60,000 nt of DNA from Botryllus schlosseri (Eukaryota). The first letter of the stretch is position 1. Every line of letters starts with the position of its first letter. This document shows positions 51,701 to 60,000 of this stretch, piece after piece. Where the stretch lies: contig CM119372.1 in assembly GCA_051294905.1 (NCBI GenBank), positions 16,680,001-16,740,000 on the forward strand, given 5' to 3'. A program made the position numbers and the translations under genes. A model generated the notes under the pieces. The model did not search any database. It was not told the origin of the DNA and was given only the letters and a program-made list of their open reading frames with translations.

Positions 51701-52172
51701 TTTCTAGCATATGAGGTTCCGTGACAACGAACAACGAACAACCTCGAATACATTGCTCAAATCCGATGGTATCGTTGAAGCTGCTGCTCCTGAGCATATG
51801 GCGTATACTTTTATGTAATGAATTGCATCTACTTTTAATAGCTAACACCACTATTAAGGATGCTTTACGCGTTATAATCTTCCCTTTGTGAGATTGGAAT
51901 GGAGCTAACCATAGTGGTGAATAGCACAACCTTGGATCATTGCGCTTAATCACACAACTGCGATAAATGTATGTTGTCGGTCAATATTGACTAAATTACC
52001 CGAATACAAAAGTGTTCTCTAAATCCGAGGCCGGCAATCCATGGCTCATTCATACCTAATGCTGCTGTTCTTCGTAGCTTAGACGCGGCTGTTCGTAGCT
52101 TTCAATAATTCAATTAGTAATTGTCATAATATATAATTTAGCTTTAGTGATTTTTCAGTAACACTATAGTTT

Positions 52173-52830
52173 CGCCGACCGCGAAGCAACATCTGCGGCT
52201 TTGTCTGGCCCCAATCGTCAGGTCCCTGAGGTGACCATCGGAGAAGCTAAGTCACTTGTCCGCCAATATTCGCGAACTCTCTGGCAGGAACTGTACGCAT
52301 GTGAAGATAAAGAGATGCATTATAAGCGTTTCCATAGTTGCATTTCAATTAAATTACCGTCAATGCATGCATGTCGGCAATTCGAGGTCATCATGTTCCG
52401 TCTGCGCTCCGGCCATTGTAGGCTTAACGCCCATTCGTTCAAAATAGGATGTTCAGATACTCCGCTATGTCTCCATTGTAATATCGCCGAAACCGTCGAC
52501 CATTTTCTACTGAACTGTGCAAGATATGATTTTCAAAGGTCCTTTCTCATTGAGTCATGCCGTCATCAGGACATCCCATTCACGACTTATAACCTCTTGG
52601 TCCAGCCCGAGCTATTAACCCCTGTGGCTGAATTCGTGCTATCATGTCGTAGAATCCTTTAAGTTTTGAGTCGTATATAGCCGAGGTTGAATTACATTGC
52701 AAGGGTACTTATACCAGGAGGTAATTTCAGACCGTGGTGCACCAGACCCTTAAGGGAGATAAGCGCCACTAACATTTTTAACTATATTAATAATAATAAT
52801 AATAATAATAATAAGCATAATAATAATAAG
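52173..52830 (+). mobile_element. 5'-truncated I group LINE (3' end of ORF2 plus (TAA)n tail)
   Basis: ORF 52201-52662 (RLRSGHCRLNAH...CLHC...ETVDHFLLNC) is homologous to the C-terminus of the 38-2077 ORF; 3' hairpin followed by (TAA)n; left TSD TAACACTATAGTTT at 52159-52172. Confidence 0.85.
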
Positions 52831-52839
52831 CATTCTCTT

Positions 52840-53421
52840 TTCGTCAAACTAAAAAAGAAAAGAGAATGCTTATTCATTGAACTGGCTGTCCCAGCTGATC
52901 ACAACCTACTGCAAAAAGAATCAGAAAAATACTCCAAATACGCAGACCTCAAAATGGAATGTGAGAAAATGTGGCGATGCAAAATAAACATTGTACCGAT
53001 AGTCATTGGTGCTACAGGGGTCGTGAGCAAAAAACTCATGAGACATATCCAACAAATTCCGGGTAACGTTCGATTCGACATGATCCAAAAGATCACATTA
53101 TTGGGCACTGTGCACATTCTTCGGAAGGCCTTGAATGCACCACTGGACTAAAATTACACTTGTGAATCACAGCATAATTTCTGTAATTTCGATTCTTCAT
53201 CTTCAATCATCTCTACCTCTGCTCTGTAACCCTTGCCAATTCTTCATCTGCTGCAATTCTGTAATCTGACTTCTCCGTGTATTGCATAGGAATAACAATT
53301 TGAATGTATTGCTGAAATTTTAAAAATTTACTCCAATCTCGCCATTTTCGTTTGGGGGCAGGTTGCTCCCCGGATTATGTGTGTATCTACCAGTTTTACT
53401 GTGAATAAAGAATATAATAAT
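52840..53421 (+). mobile_element. R4/Dong-like RLE non-LTR retrotransposon 3' fragment, copy 1
   Basis: Encodes ...CLFIELAVP...K.SKYADL...IVPIVIGATG; 3' UTR with AATAAA and a TAA tail; near-identical to copy 2. Confidence 0.85.
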
Positions 53422-54166
53422 ACATTCATCTTGAATTATGCAAACATTTTAACATCACCACTTCGACAAAAAATTGGTACGATTACAGCCCAGCACCAGT
53501 GACAGAAAACGAACAAGTAAAAATTCTGTGGGATGTACCAGTTATAACTGACCGCGAAATCAGGAGCAACCGCCCGGATATAATCGTCAAACTAAAAAAG
53601 AAAAGAGAATGCTTATTCATTGAACTGGCTGTCCCAGCTGATCACAACCTACTGCAAAAAGAATCAGAAAAACACTCCAAATACGCAGACCTCAAAATGG
53701 AATGTGAGAAAATGTGGCGATGCAAAATAAACATTGTACCGATAGTCATTGGTGCTACAGGGGTCGTGAGCAAAAAACTCATGAGACATATCCAACAAAT
53801 TCCGGGTAACGTTCGATTCGACATGATCCAAAAGATCACATTATTGGGCACTGTGCACATTCTTCGGAAGGCCCTGAATGCACCACTGGACTAAAATTAC
53901 GCTTGTGAATCACAGCATAATTTCTGTAATTTCGATTCTTCATCTTCAATCATCTCTACCTCTGCTCTGTAACCCTTGCCAATTCTTCATCTGCTGCAAT
54001 TCTTTAATCTGACTTCTCCGTGTATTGCATAGGAATAACAATTTGAATGTATTTCTGAAATTTTAAAAATTTACTCCAATCTCGCCATTTTCCTTTGGGG
54101 GCAGGTTGCTACCCGGATTATGTGTGTATCTACCAGTTTTACTGTGAATAAAGAATATAATAATAA
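53422..54166 (+). mobile_element. R4/Dong-like RLE non-LTR retrotransposon 3' fragment, copy 2
   Basis: KILWDVPVITDREIRSNRPDIIV...IELAVP...KYADL is a restriction-like endonuclease (PD..E..K) motif; ends in (TAA)n, followed by the right TSD at 54167-54180. Confidence 0.88.
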
Positions 54167-54534
54167 TAACACTATAGTTTATTTTATATTATTCGAAGGT
54201 AGCATAGTATTGCCGAGCTTACGCAATCGTAAGCTTGTTGGCAACATTATATTTTCAAATCCATTGTGACGAATACGAGGTAAGTTCTCTGACGTTCTGC
54301 CTGTGAGTCGTTTGTGATCAAATTACAAAGTGTTCCTAATATTTAGTTCATAACATAAACACGGCTCTTGAATCGCGATGCCCCCCAAATGGGTTTTAGA
54401 TCGTGGTGCATCTAAAATTCTCTTGAGTTTAACTTCGCAACAGCCGAGCGCTTCGTCACTTTCTGTAAGGGATACGCCACGCATGGGTAGCGACGATGGG
54501 AAGAACATGCTACAACGACTGAAGCTCGTTTTCG

Positions 54535-54770
54535 TTTTGAGGTATTCATGGTGTTTGTCAACAACTATGGTCATTTACACCAAGCCAATTATCTTCAGTT
54601 TATTACGTAGCTACCGATTTGTAACACGGCTCACTATTATATGCTTTCAAAGGACACCGCTTATACGGATGAGATGGCGAGGAGGAGCCTAGATAAACCT
54701 TCAACGCTTGAGTAGGAGCTCTGGAGCTGACCTCGATCGGACTCGACCCACCACTACGCTATCTCGCCAC
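54535..54770 (-). mobile_element. Degenerate SINE, same family as 13180-13473
   Basis: Shared GTATTCATGGTGTTTGTC..GGTCATTTACACCA, GAGGAGCCTAGATAAACC and CTATCTCGCCAC. Confidence 0.72.
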
Positions 54771-55210
54771 CGATGAACGTTTTGTGACTTTATTGAAGTC
54801 TTAACCAATCCAATTCTGAACAGGGCTGTGCCTCCTGCGGCAGGCGGGCCAAATGCTACATGTAGCAAAACAATTTCCAATTTGGAATGACATCTCGCAC
54901 ACGAAGTGGCTATAAAATTTAGCTTTTAGTCTTGTACGATTCAGCAACTGCTCGAATTCCGTTTTGGGTGTCAAAATCTAACGTATGACTCTCCTCCGAT
55001 AGTCCGCCAAAATTGGTTCGCAATATGTGCTCAAAACAAATTCCTCATTGTGATATCCTGGTTTTTGGATAATGATTTTCCTGACGAACGACGAATCGCA
55101 TGTGCGCTGTAGTTGCGACGAGAGTATATTGCAATCAAGAACAAAAAGACAGCAAAATATTGTTCAAAATCGAAATAATACATAACGTATATGTTTCTGC
55201 AATTTCTAGA

Positions 55211-55672
55211 TTTTTTTTTTTTTTGGGGGGGGGGGGTAACCTGGAGGAACCGCAGTAAACCTCCACCCCGTTACGCTTGTGGCAGCCGCATGGCACTACA
55301 CCATGTTGCTGTTGCCACAAGCGCCTTTATAGGTCACTCTTCGGTCCAAAGTACCCGAGAGCTCCCTTAAGGTTGCTTCTGGTTGCCTTCTTTTTACCTT
55401 CAAAGTTCTTCACTTTTTAGGTGCAGACGGCTGTCACAAGCCGGCTTTGGCTGGGGGCGTCTGCGGAGGCTTGTCCCGCCGCCACCATACTTGTGACTGG
55501 GATACTGGCCAGGCAAGCTGACGCAGATCCCGGGTCGGAGCATGAAGGCCTGACGGCCATACTTCTCCTAGGTGTGGGAGTGATTGGAAGTATCGGTTGT
55601 ACCGCGAGGGTTTCGCACCGCCCAGCGTCCAGTAAGGCGATGCTTACCTCAATACAACCAAATACTCCAATA
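55211..55672 (-). mobile_element. Retroposed GC-rich, highly structured element with a poly(A) tail
   Basis: The minus-strand 3' end is C12-A14; 14-bp TSD CTGCAATTTCTAGA at 55197-55210 and 55673-55686. Confidence 0.85.
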
Positions 55673-55902
55673 CTGCAATTTCTAGATCGTCAGTACGTTC
55701 ACCGCGAATCTCCAACATTACAGCAGTATGTCCGTATTCGATGAGGGAATTGTCAAACTCATTTCCCAGATTCCCCAAATTATGAGGACTTTCTTGCAGT
55801 ATAACAAGAATTTTCGGGAGTCCTAATTGTACTTGCAAATTTCTTCTCGCACCTTGATGCCAAGAATTGGTATTACCCAAAACGAATCGCATTGGTGATC
55901 AC

Positions 55903-56712
55903 TAGGGCAAGTTTTTGTTGCACTAAAAATTGTGAGAAAGTTGAATTCATTTATACCAAAAGTTGCATTTATGATATTTTTAGAATTATGAAGGACTAGG
56001 ATGCTCGAAATGTTCCGTTGTATCGCCAAACAGTTTAAGATTTGCAGGGTGTTTGGCTGTACGCTTGTTCCGTTTCTTTATTCGCTATTCAATCGATTAT
56101 GCATACATATTTATGTTCTTTTGGATTGTAACCTACATGACCACATTTCGCTGTCAGCTCCTGCAGAACAGTCAAATTTGTTGCTTTTCCTATTTCCGGA
56201 TGGCCTGGCGAGACTGCGAAAAGCTACATTTCTGCCGGTAATTTATCGCAAAAGTTAAACAGCAAAGCGATAACCCATAAAACATGTTAAATACCACACC
56301 CTAACCCCCTAGCTCTGCAAACTTGACCCAAGGCATTGCAGCAAAACTCAGTATTGGAGACTTTAACAAAATCAATATCCTGAAAAGGTGCCTCTTTGAT
56401 AATGTAATTTTCGAAGGTCTCGCCTGGGCACTGGGCATCCGTCAAATGGGGAAGGACCTCAAATTTGAACGATTGTGCATCAATCGAGCGATCTATTTAC
56501 ATATAGTGCAGGCACTGTCGTGCTTGGCTCGGGTTTTTGAACTTCTAGCTTGCATGCCATTGCTTCATAGATATCATCGAGATGCAGCTAGTCGATCATA
56601 TAGCTCTTTGGCGAGCAAATCAAAGAGAGAACCATACTAGAAATAGTTTTATAGCATGATTTTAAATCACACCTTTACATTTTGGGCAATACATTTGCAA
56701 AAACTTGCCCTA
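55903..56712. mobile_element. TAGGG-type MITE
   Basis: TIR tagggcaagttttt/aaaaacttgcccta; degenerate 8-bp TSD GTGATCAC/GTGACCGC; homologous to 43818-44695. Confidence 0.75.
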
Positions 56713-59700
56713 GTGACCGCCACCAATAAAGTTGTCAATAAATGTTCGAAGTAGTAGCACGCGCGTATACGGGATAAAGTTCCATTCCATTCCATAACGA
56801 TTATGTCATGACGATACCATATCTGTCCTTCGTTAGTGTCGACAATATATAGGCCATACTAAAGCTTTGATCGTGAAAGTTTCGAAATTTTATTACTATT
56901 ACATTAGCATTGCTTCCAGACTCAGGTTCAGTCTTTGATTTCATATATAGGATAATACTACGACATGAATGCAATGAAACTGTAAGAGATGTTATCTTTA
57001 TATTAGGGGTGATACAGAATTTGCGGCTATCGGAGGGATTTATGTGGTTATGAAGATGGGCTCAAACGGCTCTTTGTATGCCAAAGGTTGCCGACTCTCG
57101 ATATAAATATATATATCTATGTCGGCAACATTAGGTGAGTCACAAAAGCCTACATGGGGAAACAAAAGCCTACATGGGGAATATGCTTGTAATTATTATT
57201 TGCATTGAATATATATTAATAGACAAATATTTGGGTGTGTGATAAATATTTTATTATAAAACTTCTTAAACTGTTTTTATGGTGATTGTTTATTACATGA
57301 TTGTTTACAAAATTAAGTCCGTAAACAGCAGTCAGATAACAAAATATTTTGCTCAGAACACTACATCGAATTCTTTCGAAAGATATGTTGTAAAGTTGCA
57401 TCAACTGAAGTGTCACCCAATATCGAGTAGTCGCACAGATGTGAGCTTAGTCTCACTCACAATCGTAGATTTAAATTCACCGGTATTTTCAAATGATCCG
57501 TAACAACAACAAAGGCATTCTGTCCACCGTAATGAACTGTTCACAGAATAACTTGTTCCATGAGTTCGCGAAGAACCATCTTAGCAATATAAATCAAGCG
57601 CGTCTAAATTTGTTTGGCCTACACGTGCGAATCAAAGCATGTCGCGAATAACGAAATATGGGTTGGTATTGATACAATGAAATGAATGCAATTCTTTTTA
57701 AACTGACCATTTCCGATTTTAAAGATGCATGGTAATCTTGGACACACAATTTATGCTTCTCTTATCCGCACAGTTGTCTGAAAATTCAACATGTATAGTA
57801 AACCAGCACATTTGTGTCTTCTAAATCACCGGCATTTGACTGAAATGAAATAAGTGCACGAAGCCGTGGTAATTCGAAGTAATGTGTAATGTATGAATGT
57901 TGAAAGTTACAAAGCAAATTTCTGCGTAGCGCCCCTAATCAAAATGGCTGCTGTTATTTCCGGAAAACAGTGGAAACAAGACAGACAGTAAGGAAACGAC
58001 GCGGTCGTTAGACGATTCTTCGGACATCGAATGTTTCAATTAGTTAAAATCATTTTCAGTCACGTGCCCGATTAGTAAAATAAGTTATTAGCATCGTGCC
58101 ACGTGATATTGCGACCATCAGAGGCGGGACAAAAATTGCGAACGCTCGCAAAAGTGTGATCGATACGTATCCTTAAATTTTTCGAGTTTGTTGATTCCGA
58201 TTTTGAAGTTTAAAAATTCAAACTCGTAGATTATTTGCGGCCTGAAACTGTTTTGGGTATTAAATCCTGCCATCTGTGGAATTTAGACAGCGTACCAGTC
58301 CATATTACCCAAAAACGGTTCAATTACGACGAAACGTGTCTGAGTATCGACTTGGAATATACCGCAGCCGAAAGCACATTCAAATATTGTCTTTAACAAT
58401 GCTTTGTACTTCGTATATACTTGTCATGACCTCTGATATAGCCTACTTTTTGTAACAAACCATGTTCTAATGGATATCCACCATATACTTACCATTGTCA
58501 AGCAATTGGCAGTTTAGTCTTGAAAGCCGGTCTTTTCGGTTTATTCTATAACCGCTCTTTCGAGATTACGCGTCATGTACGTCACAGCAGACATTGGTAT
58601 CTAATATAATGTCAGCTATATTGCTCAATGAAGCACAATGGGCTTTCGGCCGATGGTGGCGATAACTTTATTTTAGGTGATTTGTCTTCGAAATCAATAG
58701 CAATATTGCATACTAGTCACGAATTGATAACCCAACGTCGAAAGTGCAGTACGATGTTGACAGTCATTCAAAGCGGTTAAATCTCGTTTGTCTGATTTCG
58801 CTATTCAGCGACTTGAATTTCCCAGGTAAGAATTCCAGCAATATTTGCTCGAAGTATTAGCGGTCTCGACAAATATTACAGGAATGCAATGCACTTCACT
58901 AGAATTCCTCGACCGTCCGACATATAGGTTCACTACAAGTTTGCGTCAACACATCGACATTCATATCATCTATGGGCGTAAATTTACAGTTTCATTGACT
59001 CGGTATTTCCGTTGTCTCCATTTCCCACAGATAATATTTGCATGCGGAGTCCAAGACATCATAAAGTTTTGCAGTATCTACTGCTACTTTCATAGTTCCT
59101 TTAACGCAGCTTGATGATTTCAAGTATAGATTGCTGTCTGTTGAAATTCGGCAGCGTGTATCAGATTACTGTTTATGATGAGATCATTGGTTGTTTTCAA
59201 ACCAAGACGCGTCTTCTGCGAATAATCTTAACCTACTTACACACCTTTACGTTCATGACATAAAATCGTTCTCGCCATATGGCGCCACAGTTACGCTATT
59301 AGAAATTGAATGAATGTCCTTTTCATATTCGAATTGAAAGAGATACTATGGTTAAAGTTGGAATCCCTTAAATTAATTTAAAAAAACATGCATCTAATAC
59401 GTGTACGTCTTATCAAGCAAATAAACTTACGGGAGGAAAATTGACTAGGCACAATTTAACGCAATCAAGCACGTTCGATTAAAAACTTTCGTTGAAGTGT
59501 ACCTAAAATTGATGCATTCTGCCATATATGCGAGATAACGCAAGCGCTTCCCCTTCTAATGATGTTGCAAAGATACCATTGTTCCTCTATCAGGTTAGAT
59601 CGGTCTCATAATCTGATGCAGCCTTTTGCACGCCATTACGTAATGGGTGGTCGATTGGTCCTGACTCATGATTTGTTGAGCTTATATTTTGACGCATTTA

Positions 59701-60000
59701 TTGAATTTGGAATTTCCTGACTACAGCGCAATAAATAATAACACTAAAGCGGCGAAAAACAAATCACAAGTGAATCTTTGGCATAAGGGGCAACCATGTG
59801 GATGCTTAGATTGCAGATATTTGCTTTCGCAATCTGTTGTTTGAAATCACTTGCCAGCGCATTTGCTTAAGATATATCCGGGCTCGTGAGATGTTGAGAA
59901 GCGAGTATCAGCTGACGGCGGTTCGACTAGAAAATTCCTGAACTAGGCTGAAAAATAAAACTTATAAGTCCAATTTGAAAAAAGCAGTTCATCAACACGC

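Noticed and set aside
52687..53151. 154-aa ORF with poly-Asn as a host gene
   Set aside because: It is a chance fusion of a LINE 3' UTR, the (TAA)n tail and the RLE fragment.
55421..55744. 107-aa ORF, or a channel exon, in the GC-rich segment
   Set aside because: It lies in a TSD-flanked poly(A) insert, crosses its boundary and has no recognisable domain.
55900..56714. CACTA/EnSpm element (ends read CACTAGGG…CCCTAGTG)
   Set aside because: It is better explained as a TAGGG TIR with a degenerate 8-bp TSD, like the other MITEs here.
52027..57098. One large Charlie MITE enclosing the LINE/SINE nest
   Set aside because: TIR-like ends exist (ggccggcaatcc / ggttgccgactct) but they are degenerate and there is no TSD support.

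Overview
Eukaryotic, intron-rich animal DNA. It is probably an invertebrate chordate such as an ascidian; this is an inference from the multi-exon claudins, 54-58 bp introns and abundant CpG. Reading splice sites by eye gives three spliced host genes that the ORF track mostly misses. Two are convergent 5-exon claudin paralogues (15226-18877 +, 25104-31645 -) with identical intron phases and C-terminal EYV motifs. The third is a 13-exon KCNH/EAG-family channel (37880-51700 -) with an intact S4, C-linker and CNBHD, but a non-canonical selectivity filter (SQGFG rather than SVGFG), a very long turret and no visible PAS domain. The rest is dense with transposons: an I-group LINE ORF2 (RT+RNase H), R4/Dong-like RLE retrotransposon ends nested in the (TAA)n tail of another LINE, tRNA-derived SINEs, a structured poly(A) retroposed element with a 14-bp TSD, and several hAT-type MITE families with 8-bp TSDs. 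One of these is a nested 2-kb element carrying a hAT transposase remnant. All exon and TSD coordinates were read manually and may be off by a few bases.
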